From: Podarcis gaigeae
Lineage: Eukaryota
Reading direction: 5' to 3' (one strand)
Length of the DNA stretch: 64,000 bases
NCBI GenBank assembly: GCA_964106915.2
Contig: OZ066914.1
Positions within the stretch are counted from its first letter, which is position 1. Each line of letters opens with the position of its first letter. A program made the translations under genes and the position numbers. A model generated the notes under the pieces. The model saw only the letters and a program-made list of their open reading frames with translations. It did no database searches and was not told the origin of the DNA. Below, piece after piece: positions 1 to 12,518 of this stretch.

Positions 1-289
1 GACCCACTGAATATTTTTGGACTACAAACTCACATAATCTCTGATCATGCTTCTTAGGGCAGATGGAATATGGAATCTAACAACAACTGAATGGTCACAG
101 GTGCTTCCTCCCTTATTTAGAACTCTTTTAAAAAAGGGTTCTGTATTGATATATATATATATATATATTTGTTACAACAAAATAGGCAAAGTATGACAAT
201 TGAGGGATGGACTTGAATCAAGATCAGCATGACAGATCATCCCCTTCACTTTGACTATAGCAGTCTTACCCCTGAGAAGACTCCTAAGG

Positions 290-447
290 CAGGATAAGCC
301 AACATGGTGCGCTCTAGTAATAGTTGTAGTTGGACTACAACTCTCATCATCTCTTGACATCATCTCTCATCTTCACCATGTTGACTACGGCTGGTGGAAG
401 CTGTAGTCCAACAATAGATGAATAGGACCACGTTGGCTAAGGGTATT
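290..447. mobile_element. Short palindromic squamate MITE (ctacaactcccatc type; further copies near 1-110, 5845-5955, 26220-26300, 27510-27620, 34000-34115, 49090-49165)
   Basis: tagttggactacaactc...gctgtagtccaaca with inverted agccaac / gttggct ends. Confidence 0.6.
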
Positions 448-1040
448 CTAAGAATTAGAAACCCCTCTCAAAGGTCTGAAGTGGGACACAGAGTTCTGTA
501 AAGAAGAAATCATGGCACATCTTACATAAGTGGAAGTGCTTTTTCATTCATACGCAGCACCTTTGGACCCCACTAAAAATCTCCTTGTTTGATAAGCTGG
601 TTTAAAACAACTTCTAGAAATATTTAACATCTAAAATGTGAAAAGCAGCCTAACAACAAAAATATAGGTTACTGGCACAGTTTGCAGTCTGGTCCAAAAA
701 GTGCTTAGTATATAAGCTCTGAAGTATACTGAAAGTAGCCTTAAAGTCTGCTGCCATGTGTGTTTACTCAGAAGTCAATCACACCGAGTTCAAAAGGGCC
801 TCCCCCCCCCCAATAATAGGGTATAGAACTGCAAGATTAGCCTATTAAATAGTCTCACTTTCTCTTGCCTTATTTATCAAGGCCGACATTGTCAGGATTC
901 TGCAACACTAACTGTGAAAGTCTTCACAAGATGTCAACTCCTACAACCAGGATATCCTTCTGCTCCCCCAGTTAAATCAATTGCAAATTTTATATGGCTG
1001 AGATGTATGCTTACCCTTCTGCTCTACATTTTTAAAAGTA

Positions 1041-1352
1041 CAGTGGTGCACTGCAAGACGAATGCCTCGCAAGACGGAAAACTCGCTAGACGAAAGAGTT
1101 TTCCGTTTTGGAGGTGCTTCGCAAAACGAATTTCCTAAGGGCTTGCTTCGCAAGATGAAAATGTCTTGCGAGTTCCTGCGGGTTTTTCCCCCCTTTCCCC
1201 CCCATTTTTCTAAGCCGCTTAGCCGCTTATCCGCTAAGCCGCTAATAGCGCTAATCTGCTTAACCGTCAATGGGCTTGCTTCGCAAGACGAAAAAAACGC
1301 TAGATGAAGAGAATCTCGGAACGGATTCTTTTCGTCTTGCGAGGCACCACTG
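1041..1352. mobile_element. Tc1/mariner-type MITE, family 2
   Basis: TA|CAGTGGTGCACTGCAAGACGAA...TTCGTCTTGCGAGGCACCACTG|TA; internal tcgcaagacgaa and taagccgct repeats. Confidence 0.85.
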
Positions 1353-1515
1353 TATAATATATTTAGCAAAAAAACAACAACCTTGTTACTTTTTCTCTAT
1401 TAAAATTTTATTTTGTTTCATAGTTTATAATGTATCCATAGCATTAAATTTGTTCCAAAGTTTTCTCATGAATTGTAATTTGCTGACATACTAAATGCTT
1501 TACACATTTTTAATA

Positions 1516-1747
1516 AAGGGGCACCTTGATTCCCAAAAGGCTTGGCTCCCAAACAAATTGGCTCCCAAACGCCGCAAACCCGGAAGTAAGTTTTCCGGTT
1601 TGCAAACTTTTTTTGGAAGCCAAACATCCGTTTCGGCTGCCCGCATTGTTTCCGGGGCCAAACAGAAGCTGTGCCTTGGTTTGCGAATGTTTTGGAAGTC
1701 GAACGGACTTCCAGAACGGATTGCGTTTAGGAACCAAGGTACCACTG
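1516..1747. mobile_element. Tc1/mariner-type MITE (left TIR degenerate)
   Basis: Right end GGAACCAAGGTACCACTG|TA; left end TA|aaggggcaccttgattcc. Confidence 0.75.
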
Positions 1748-2941
1748 TACTACATTCAAAACTATAGCACATCTTACTCTTTTACAAACTCTAACTTAAA
1801 TAGTGCCAATGTTGACCAAGTTTTGGTTATCAGTCTTTTGCTTTTAGCAGGGCAATCCAACCTGGTCATGGGGGAAAGTATCTGTGGCAGGTGAAATGGC
1901 AAATATGAAGCCCTACTGGGCTCACGTCAGCAAAAGGGAAGGTTGGGTGGAGCACTGGTGCTGTTGTTGAAGGAGCAGTAAGGCTTTTGCTCCAGCAGAT
2001 CTTAAGTCACCCACGGTTTACCCCTTGAACACCTCCTTTTAGGCACTCCCACCACGGGATCACAAACAGTGGAGAAGCAGAAGTTTCTGTGGCTGCTAGG
2101 GGAGGCTTGAGAGAGAAGACCTCCATCTCTACCCTCCCTCCCCAAAGGAACATGAGATTCTTCCCTAAGAGGGTTTTTTTTGTTTTGGATAAACAAACAT
2201 TCCTTAATCCTCTTGTACTTCTGTAACAAAGCATTAAGAACCCCCCCAACCCTATTCCTCAAGGGAATATGTTGTATTAAAGTAGATGATTCTTTTATCA
2301 TTTAAAAAGGAAAAAAAAAATGTTTTCTATTACAAGACGGGGGGGGGCATCAAAATCTACATTTAAATGGAAATATTGTGAAATGTACGGGACAAAGAAA
2401 ATAGCTGTTGAGTAGATTCAGTTTACATACATTCTGAAAACACACTTTGAAAATGCATTTACAACTTTGCGGCAATAAATATGCACAGTTTGTAAACGTT
2501 CAGGAATGCTGAGGGAACTTTGGTTTTAACATGAAAACCTTGTGCAGCTGAAGCTCTTTGCATAATACTGGGGAGATTGTGTACTGGGGAGAGATCATAT
2601 ATGGTAGGATTTTTCAAACTTGCTAGTATTTAACATAATCACAGACTTGGTTGGGGTCTTGAAGGTCATCTAGGGATTCTAGTTGATCTAACAGCTCAAT
2701 GCAGAAAATCCAGAGGTCTAGAACATCTCCAAAATGTAATTTTCCAGCCTCACCTCCAGTGAAGGATTGCCTACCCGCCCACCCTTCTAGGTAAGTTGCT
2801 CCACTGTTAAAGTGCTATTCCTGACAAGAAGTTATTCCTAACTTCAACAAAAATCAACCTTCCAGTACACTGCAATACCTCAAGGACCGCCTCTTTCCAT
2901 ATGAACCTACAGGCCCTTCTTCATGTGTCTCCTCCTCCTCC

Positions 2942-2979
<38 letters not shown>

Positions 2980-3305
2980 TTATTATTTATACCCTGCCCA
3001 TCTGGCTGAGTCTCCCAAGCCACTCTGGGAGGCTCCCAATCAAATGTTAAAAACAGTACAGCATAAAATATTTAAAACTTCCCTGAACAGGGCTGCCTTC
3101 AGATGTAAGATAGGATAGCTGCTTATTTCCTTCACATCTGAAGGGAGGGCGTTCCACAGGGCGGGCGCCACTACCGAGAAGGCCCTCTGTCTGGTTCCCT
3201 GTAACCTCACTTCTCGCAATGAGGGAACTGCCAGAAGGCCCTCGGCGCTGGATCTCAGTGTCTGAACGATGGGGGTGGAGACGCTCCTTCAGGTATACAG
3301 GACCA
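2942..3305 (-). mobile_element. L2-clade LINE 3' fragment with (ATT)n tail
   Basis: Minus strand encodes GPVYLKERLHP and EVRLQGTRQRAFSVVAPALWNALPSDV; (AAT)n at 2942-2978 is its tail. Confidence 0.8.
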
Positions 3306-3416
3306 TCTCCATGAGAGGTCTGGAGGGTGGCAACACGAGAACGGGATTTTTTCTTCAGTGGCTCTCTGCTTATGGAATGCTCTCCCCAGGGAGGTTGGCC
3401 TGGTGCCTTCATTATA

Positions 3417-3647
3417 CAGTGCTACCTCAGGTTAAGAACTTAATTCGTTCTGGAGGTCCGTTCTTAACCTGAAACTGTTCTTAACCTGAAGCACCACTTT
3501 AGCTAATGGGGCCTCGTGCTACCGCCACGCAATTTCTGTTCTCATCCTGAAGCAAAGTTCTTAACCCGAGGTACTATTTCTGGGTTAGCGGAGTCTGTAA
3601 CCTGAAGCGTATGTAACCTGAAGTGTCTGTAACCTGAGGTACCACTG
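3417..3647 (+). mobile_element. Tc1/mariner (pogo/Tigger-like) MITE, family 1
   Basis: TA|CAGTGCTACCTC...GAGGTACCACTG|TA. Confidence 0.9.
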
Positions 3648-3994
3648 TACACCTCTAGGTGCCAGGCAAAAACGTTCCTCTTTAACCAGGCCTTTGGCTG
3701 ATTCTCATCCAATGTCTTTTTTAAATGTGTGGGGGTGTTTTTTTTGGGGGGGTGTTACTCGGTTGTTTCTGCTTTTATTTTGATTGTGTATTCTGTGGTT
3801 TTATATTGTGATTTTACCCTGTCAACTGCCCTGAGAGCTGCAGGTTTAGAGCAGTATATAAATTTTATAAAATAAAATAAAGCCTCAATCTGCAGCCCTT
3901 TAGACCTGGTCTTTGGGCAGCAGAAAAAAGTATTTGCTCTCTTCTACAATACAGTTTTTCAGGTATTTGAAGAGTGCTACCATGTGGTCTGGTT

Positions 3995-4352
3995 GGGACG
4001 CAGGTGGCGCTGTGGGTTAAAGCCTCAGCGCCTAGGACTTGCCGATTGAAAGGTCGGCGGTTCGAATCCCTGCGGCGGGGTGCGCTCCCGCTGCTCGGTC
4101 CCAGCGCCTGCCAACCTAGCAGTTCGAAAGCACCTCCGGGTGCAAGTAGATAAATAGGGACCGCTTACCAGCGGGAAGGTAAACGGTGTTTCCGTGTGCA
4201 GCTCTGGCTCGCCAGATGCAGCTTTGTCACACTGGCCACGTGACCCGGAAGTGTCTCCGGACAGCGCTGGCCCCTGGCCTCTTAAGTGAGATGGGCGCAC
4301 AACCCTAGAGTCTGTCAAGACTGGCCCGTACGGGCAGGGGTACCTTTACCTT
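3995..4352 (+). mobile_element. Sauria SINE, full length, subfamily A
   Basis: tRNA-derived head with A box TGGCGCTGTGG and B box GGTTCGAATCC; (ACCTTT)n tail; 13-bp TSD TACCATGTGGTCT at 3978-3990 and 4353-4365. Confidence 0.93.
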
Positions 4353-7325
4353 TACCATGTGGTCTCTCAGTGTTTTTTTCCCTTCTTCCCAAACTTAACA
4401 CACCCAGTTCCTTTAATCTTTTTTCACAGGACTCTTTTCTCATTCCACTGACCATCTTTGCTGTTCTCCTCTATACCCATTCTAATTTGTCTACATCTTT
4501 ATTAAGAGTGTAACACCCAGAACTGGACACAGTACTCCAGACGATGTCTGACTAGCCCAGAATAAGGAGGAGCTACTGCTTCCTGGGATGGTTCTGCCCA
4601 GTATCATGTGGTTTTGACCAGTAAAATGCCCCTCTCAACAGCTGAGATGTATAAGATTTTTTATTTAATGTATCCTGCCCTTCCACAAACAGAGCCCAGG
4701 ACAACATTTTTTTTTAAAAAAAAAAAACAAACCCAAAAACAAACCTCTAATTACCCATGAAATAACAAGACGCAGTGATGCTATTAAACAGATGGAGTCG
4801 TTCAAACTATGAGTCAAAGGCCTGTGAAATAACTGGGACTGAAGTGGTCTCTGAAATAAATACAAAGTAGGGTGCAGTTGGATCTCAACCGGGATCTAAT
4901 GGCTTCCAAGGCATTAGATTCTGGAATTTCAGAATCAGTGATGTTCCCAGAATCTCTAGGACATGCTTACTATCATAACCATCATTCTTGTCAAGACACA
5001 TACAAATATGACTGCATCGTGACAGCTTTAAGATCCAAACTGAGCGAGAGCTGCTCCGTAAGGCATGAGCACCAATTTCATAATACCAGTCTAAATTGCT
5101 ATTGAGAACTAAGTAGAACAACAACAACAAAAAGCCATTTGTATTATCAGGAGCTATTGCTCATTACCATGTTCTGGAACAACAATTTAGGGTTTGGGTG
5201 ATTTTGGTTACTGTTTTAATCAGATACTTATATATAATTAATCTTGGTTCATCTGGAAGGCTCTGTGGCAAGAAAATCCATATTAAAAAAAACTAATGAG
5301 AAGCACAACAGGACAATTCTGAAGTAAAATCAATTCTGACTACAAAAAGGAATATGCTAATCTTCCAAGACAAAACTGTGGTGAGTTACACAATTTAAAC
5401 ACCTTCAATAAAATGACGTACATTGTCTCACCATCCAGCTAAATAATAAATGAAATTCCTTTTCCATTTGAAGAACCTAAAAAATAGCAAAGAAGAAGAT
5501 ATTGCAAAAGGCAAGAGACAGTGTTTGAGTGGAACCTTAATTTCAAGCTTGATGACTGCATCTCTCTGAGAATAATGGAGGAAAACTTTATGAAGCATAG
5601 GGTAAAGGCTTCGATAAGAACTGTGTGAGAAAGAGGTTCCTACAAGGAGCTAGTCATTAAGGAAAACAAAGCCTGTAAATAAATAGAATCAAATTTCTAT
5701 CTTAGCGCTGGCAATATTCACACAATGAAATCTGTCAAAACAACGAGATCTCAAAAGCACAACCTAGCATTTTTCAGTTCTTGCCGCACGTCATGAGCTG
5801 AACATCAAGAATAGAGTTTAATAGCAATGACTCACAATACCAACCTTCCCCAGCCTAGTGTTTTGAACTAAAAGCCCCTTCAGACCCTCCATAATCGCCA
5901 CTGGTAAGGGATGGTGGGAGTTGTAGTTGATGGACGGCCCCAGATTGGCAAAGAATGGTTTATAAAGTATACAATGTGCCATCTTAAAGGAAAACAAAAA
6001 ATGCAATTTAAAAGAAAATCAATTTGTAGTAATTCTTTTACTGGGCAAGGCTTGCCCATAAGATGGGAGCCTGGAACATAAAAGAGGCATAGGCACTCCA
6101 ATGCCAATGTGCCGACATAGCCTTAACTTTGAACTGAGCCTAAGCCAAGCCATGGCTAAGCGTCAATGCATAAACATGCAGGTACTCACAACAGAATTTG
6201 CAGCCACCTCACTCCTTCCTCAGGCCTTCTGCTCTGAGCTACCCAGAGCTAAGGCATCATTTGGCAAAGCTTTATGTTCAGGCCTGGACTTGTGGTCTGT
6301 CAGTCAGTTTCAATGCCCCCCTCTCAAAACCCTTGAGCTATGACCCAAGGTTTGCTCCTGGCTTACCACTTACGGTCTGTCTGGGAGAGATAAACCATAT
6401 GTCCGAATTCTGGCAAAAAGCTAAGCCAAATGATGTCTTAGCTCTAGGTAGCATGGCATTAGAGGAAACAAGGGGAAGACTGAAGTGGTTGCAATTTTTT
6501 CCTGCTAGGAATACTTGCACATTCAAACTCAGCCATGGTCTGACTTAGTGTTGCGTGCAAACTGCACCATACAAATGTGAGTTCACATGTTTTGCTTCCT
6601 GCCTGCCCCTATGGGTATTTGTGGGGGCCTGGGAGTCTGGATGGTGGAGGGCAGCTGAATCATGGAGACTGATTCATTTTTGGACTGGGGGTTGACAATT
6701 CACCAGCTCCCTCCCCTCCATTTTTTTTAATGTTCTCCTAACTTATTAAACTGAAAGAACAGAAACGGCAGCAACAGAAAGCATCTGCTAGCAAGTTTTA
6801 AGACTGAAAGAGAGACAAAACTGGATTCCTTCTCCGGGGGCTAGGGATGTAAATGGAAAGAAATGTGGAATAAAATATGGGGGGAATGGGAAGAAAATGT
6901 CATGAAGGAAGTTCATGACAAGGCCTGTCTCCTTTTCTCCCTCCCAGCACCCTGGAAGCTGTAGATAATATGCTCTCTCTTATCTTCTAAGGAGCTAACC
7001 ATTCTCAAAGGCTAGAAAGTGCAGAAGAGGAGCAATACCAATATCTGCCATACTAACAAGGAGCAGGCAAACGACAGTATTAGCAGCGCAGGGGGAAAAT
7101 CCACTTTTCTTAACATGTGTTTACAAAACAGAGATATATTTACTATTTTAGAAGGTAAGTTTCCTTGTTCTGGGTAAAGAGATATTCAATATTGCGGGTA
7201 TTTAAGATATGGAAAAGTCAAGTTACGCAATATGAAGCCAATGGTTCTGTATTCAAAAGAAAATTATTCAGTAATAATTATTAGATCAATATAGGGCCAC
7301 GTATGTTGTGATTGATATATATATA

Positions 7326-7611
7326 AAGGTAAAGGTAAAGGTACCCCTGCCCGTACGGGCCAGTCTTGACAGACTCTGGGGTTGTGCGCCCATCTTACTC
7401 AAGAGGCCAGGGGCCAGCGCTGTCCGGAGACACTTCCAGGTCACGTGGCCAGCGTGACATCGCTGCTCTGGTGAGCCAGAGCCGCACACGGAAACGCCGT
7501 TTACCTTCCCGCTGGTAAGCGGTCCCTATTTATCTACTTGCACCCGGAGGTGCTTTCGAACTGCTAGGTTGGCAGGCGCTGGGACCGAGCAGCGGGAGCG
7601 CACCCTGCCGC
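7326..7611 (-). mobile_element. Sauria SINE, subfamily A, 5'-truncated
   Basis: (AAAGGT)n tail; about 95% identical by eye to 4068-4352; flanking duplication at 7293-7325 and 7612-7644. Confidence 0.92.
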
Positions 7612-9229
7612 AGGGCCACGTATGTTGTGATTGATATATATATATATATATATATATATAGTGTTGAACAAGACAAAGGCAACATCAGTTCAAGGACAAA
7701 GGGATGGAAATAATTTTTTAAAAAAAATGTATGTATGGAAAAAACGGCTAAGAACAAATTTTATTACCCCTTTATTAAAAGTTAAAAGCAAAGGCACTAT
7801 ACACTATTAATTTCCCTTAATTTTTCTACACACCTGTCACTCCACTCCTTGCATGCACACACACACACACACACACCCCGCAATAATGACACTGTCAGCA
7901 TCCCTTATGTAGCTCCCTCCTAGTTGCATGGTCTCTTCACCCTCCTGCTGTCCCCATAAATACATAGAAGTCCCTGTCTCAGCCACTGGAAGCAAGGAGA
8001 CTAAGTGCGATAATAGAATTTGTGCATGAACAGTTCCTTTTATTGACAATTTTCAAAAGCTTTTCCAGGTCTGGATGTCTTAAAATTCAGTGAACAGGGA
8101 CCAAATGTCCATGGCTTAAATTATATAGTATATCATCAATAACACACCATGCTGTACTGCCATAAAGTAGGGTAATTGAACCTATGTCACACTTTCTGTT
8201 ACATGGCACTATTTTCTGAGATTCTGTACTTTGTTTACTAAGGTTTTCTTTCTCCTTGTAGTGATCACACTCCTGCCTTCTTCTCCCCCCTCTTCAGGCA
8301 TCCTAAATGAATGATAATGTGGCAAAGCTTGAAAACAAATTAACCTACTTACTACTTCTTTTTTAACATCAATTTCTGAAGTCTGAATTATTATTTTTTA
8401 CTGATGTCTGTCTTCAGCACATTGCCCGAAATGAAGTTTTCCCAAAATGCTTTTCTGTTCACCACAGAACAGATACCGTACTTAATGCTTAAGTTTTCAG
8501 ATCAGTTCCACAAAAGTGTTGCTTGGATCTCAGAAACCACTTAAATAACTATGGCCTTAATCCAAATACAGTCAGGTGCAACAATGCACACACAAGCCGA
8601 GATGGGGATTATGGATGCAAATTCCTATTGCCGTGCAAATAATCCATATTGTTCAGTGTAAATGGGGGAGTGAGGTTTTCCACTGAATACTTTGGTATTC
8701 ACTGCAATGCAAATATGCATCCAGATGCACATTTGTCTCTAATCTGCACATGCAGATCAAGCACGCAGAGTAGCTGCTTCTGCATTTGTTTCTCTCTTGC
8801 TGAATCAGGAAGATTGATTAAGCCATTTTACTATGATGACACAATCTACTCTACTCTCTCCCATTTGCCCCAAAATGCACACTCCCCACCCCCGACTCCC
8901 TGCTGATAGGTTTCAATGAATCAGTAAGATTTGTACTATATTTATAAATCAGTAACATTTCATTAGATTAACAGCCACGGAGCTGTTTCTCAATGGCAGG
9001 ACATCTGAGCGCTACCAGGAATTATTTCCTTCACACGCAATAAGGATTATCAGTCACAGAAAGTCACAGGCATTGGTGTGGTTAAGTGAGTGTGCAATTC
9101 TACCTGAGCAGCAATCGAAAGAAAGGAAGGTGGACTGAGCTGCCAAGTGTCCGCCCCATGCCTGAACACAGCTTTCAAGAGGCATCTCCACTTTGTGACT
9201 GTGCATACCACTAGACAGCTCATAAAGAG

Positions 9230-9590
9230 AAAGGTAAAGAGACCCCTGACCGTTAAGTCCCGTTGCGGGCGACTCTGGGGTTGCGGCACCCATCTCGCTT
9301 TACTGGCTGAGGAAGCAGGCTTTTGTCCACAGACAGCTTCCGGGTCACGTGGCCAGCATGACTAAGCCGCTTCTGGCGAACCAGAGCAGTGCACAGAAAC
9401 GCCGTTTACCTTCCCGCCGGAGCGGTACCTATTTATCTACTTGCACTTTGACGTGCTTTCGAACTGCTAGGTTGACAGGAGCAGGGACAGAACAATGGGA
9501 GCTCACCCCGTCACGGGGATTCGAACCGCCGACCTCCTGATTGGCAAGCCCTAGGCTCTGTGGTTTAGACCACAGCGCCACCCACGTCCC
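9230..9590 (-). mobile_element. Sauria SINE, subfamily B
   Basis: aaaggtaaagagacccctgacc...ggattcgaacc...cagcgccacccacgtccc. No TSD seen. Confidence 0.9.
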
Positions 9591-9718
9591 TCTTACACAG
9601 GCACAAAATATAACCAAGGTAAAACTGAGGTGGCCCATTCCCTTTTTTATTGCCTCTTAACCATAGTAGGTGCAAGTGCAATATACACCAACAAAGAGAC
9701 AAAAGACCCAAGCTTTCA

Positions 9719-9780
9719 ACACACACACACACAGACACACACACACACACAGACACACACACACACACACACACACACAC
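9719..9780. repeat. Interrupted (CA)n microsatellite
   Basis: Read directly. Confidence 0.95.
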
Positions 9781-11867
9781 CTCTATTCTGCATTGCAAAA
9801 GGTAATCTTAACTACATGAAGAAATTAATTCAATATTGCATGGGCTTTAGTGTGCAACTATGGTTGAACTTAACTATTCACTGCATACACCACAGATGCA
9901 CATGCACACCTTGTGATTAAAACAAGAGCTCTCCTGAAGTGCAACGGAATGCCTGCTTGTAAATACATAGACTGTGCAAAATACACGACAATAACTTTGC
10001 CCAACCATTTCTACCTAAGCTGAAAGCATCGCAGCAAAAACAGAACTGCATCTACAGTATCCACAAGCATTTTTTCCCCCTTCTAAAAAAACTGATCCTC
10101 AATATGGCAAGACAGAATCGTGTGTTTTGGCAGCAAAGAAACAAGGCTCCAATATATGGAGAGGGTGCTACTCCAGGAACATGTGAAATCTATCTTTAAA
10201 GGCAGTTATACTATATAGTTGACAGGTGACACAGCTTCTATCTGCATTTAGCCTACGGGTGGCTTATTAAAACAAAAACTGCAAACTCAAATAAGGAGCC
10301 TCATTGTCTAGGTTATCTTATCTCACCCCATTTTTGTAAACAGCAGCTATAAGTTAAAGCCCCAATCTAGCAAGCCTCTGGGCACATTCATACAGAATGT
10401 GCATCTGTGTTAACTTTGTGCAAATAGTACCATGCGCAGACCTTTTTAAACGCTTGGAAAATGTATTGTGAGCAATAAAGTGAGCAAAGTTCTTCCAACA
10501 GTTTTCACAGGGTAGTTAATCAACTGCAAATGTACTTGACCAGAACCTACGCAACACCCCCCCATTATGCTGCTATGTTTTTTTCTTCTTCTTCTTCCCA
10601 CTGAGTGGTTAATCAACTGCAAATAAACTTGGCCACAAGCCAGATTATTTGCATTTGCTTCTCAGATCTAAAACAAAAAAAAATTACTTTATGGAAATCA
10701 CTTCTTGCTACATCACTTATTACATCCCCACCCCCGGCCTTAATTACACTAAACCCACGCTTTAGTACAACACATATATGTATAAAAGAAGAGGAGTCTC
10801 ATGGCAAATGTTGCTCTGAAAGCAGTTATTGATCCTTTTTCTGAAGCATAATTCACTATTCTGTAAAGCAGTACTTTGGGGGATGATGATGCAGGCAATG
10901 AATAAGTCACCCTGGCAATTGGGTAATAAATAATGGCTGGCCCACTTTTCCCAACAATACCTCTCTCTTCCCCATCAGTATAACATGAAGGGTTATGCTG
11001 ACAAACTGGATACTCCCAGAACCAGAATATATTTAATATGGAATACAATCAAGAACGAGTTGAAATAAGGTTGGAGGCGGGGGAAGTGGGGGGCGGGGGG
11101 AGAAATATATAACATTTCACATGACAAACCGAAATGCCTTTCTCTTCTCGTGCTCGGAATCACCAATAGTTTTGGGAAGTTGTTTGTTAGGAGAGTGTTC
11201 GGGGGTGCCTCTTGTGATCTAAGAAATCATCATCTTTTGTGTTTGCTTGCTTGCTTGCTTTTTGTTGTGAAGAAAACACACACTGATAAATTGCACATTT
11301 TAAAAAAATCAAAACTACAGACGGGTAGAGGGCAAAACACAGGAAGGCTAAAGGCTTTTACAGATTTTATATAGCCATGGAAGCAAAAATTGAACGTTAC
11401 ATAGCTCAAGCCACAAGCAACCACCCCATTCTGCCCAACTAACCAGGCAAAATCTTTGCAACAAAAGGCTGTGTCAGGGATGCATAAAGCTCATTCCTCT
11501 ATAGCTAAAAGTACTTTTATACTTACCCTGGAACAATGCAGCTGAAGGACCGCAAGACCTGGCCTCTCATCGGCAGGGGACCAAGGGCCGCTGGGTGATT
11601 GCACCCCCTGCTCCCCAAAAAGCACAGTATGGCAAGGGGAAGACAGCCTGGCCCAGTCTATCAGCCAGTGGGAGAAGAGGCCCTGTTTGAAACCCTGACC
11701 ATCAGTGTAGATAATAAGGCAGCTTCTTACATTCCCAAGAGCCACTAGCTGCCGTTCAAGATGCCTGACCAGAACATAAATGTTTGCTAATAGCATAGCA
11801 CTTCACACATAAGGAGTGTCCTGCTGGATCAAGCCAAAGGCCCATCTAGTCCAGCTTCCTGTCCAAA

Positions 11868-12151
11868 CAGTGGCGGTTGGAGAGGCAGCGTAGCAGGGCA
11901 GTGATGCCCATCTGCCTTCCAAACATTGAACATCACTGTTGGTTCCTGAGAAGGAAAGCAGGTGGAGGTAGCAGTGTGGTGCAAGCATGGCAGCAGGAGG
12001 GTCAGATGGGCTCCACTGCCACACCCATACCAAACCACTAGACCCTGTACCTCCACCTCCTTTTCTTCTCAGGAACCAGCAGCAGCCTTGGGTGTTCTGA
12101 TGGCAGGTGGGCAACACCATTCTGCTTGTGCCGCCCTACCAACTGCTACTG
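11868..12151. mobile_element. Foldback MITE inserted in a CR1-type 3' end (host about 11805-12230)
   Basis: Ends CAGTGGCGGTTGG / CCAACTGCTACTG; inner arms ggttcctgagaaggaaagcaggtggaggta / tacctccacctccttttcttctcaggaacc. Confidence 0.7.
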
Positions 12152-12518
12152 GTGGCCACCCAGATGTCTGTGGAAAGCCCACAAGCAAGATCTGAGCACA
12201 ACAGCACTCTCCCCAATTGCAATACTCCCACATGTGTCTTGCCCTTTTAGATTGCACACTAATGGCGTGGCCTCTGTCTCTCTATCTCTCTCTATTGATG
12301 CAAGCTACTTTGAAAGGCAAGATTAAATAAATAATAAATTTTAAGATGCCAGGCAGATGGACTAGATAAGGTTAATACTTATCACACAAGCACACACATA
12401 TATACACACACAAAGGCAAATCTTTGGGGGGGGGAATGGGAGGGTCTAATCAAATCAAGTACAGTAGGCCTATTTAGGAGATCAGTGGTTTATGGGAAAG
12501 CAGACTTCATACATGCTA

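Larger units (their letters stand above)
2875..3881 (+). mobile_element. L2-clade LINE 3' fragment, interrupted by a second L2 and a MITE
   Basis: YLKDRLFPYEP at 2877 onward; resumes near 3308 with RVATRE..FSSVAL.LWNALPREV and RQAKTFLFNQAFG-stop; A-rich tail. Confidence 0.7.
2630..4590 (-). mobile_element. Old CR1 LINE 3' part, split by nested insertions (pieces at about 2630-2870, 3890-3990 and 4353-4590)
   Basis: Minus strand of 4480-4590 resembles the CR1 RT C-terminus (LVRHRLEYCVQFW). 2630-2700 resembles a CR1 3' end (gaaggtcatctag). Confidence 0.65.

Noticed and set aside
3590-3647. Short regularly repeated units (TGTAACCTGAAG) superficially like an array
   Set aside because: MITE subterminal tandem repeats with no unique spacers, in eukaryotic DNA; not CRISPR.
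3995-4075. tRNA-like A and B boxes
   Set aside because: SINE head, not a tRNA gene; it is continuous with the SINE body, tail and TSD.
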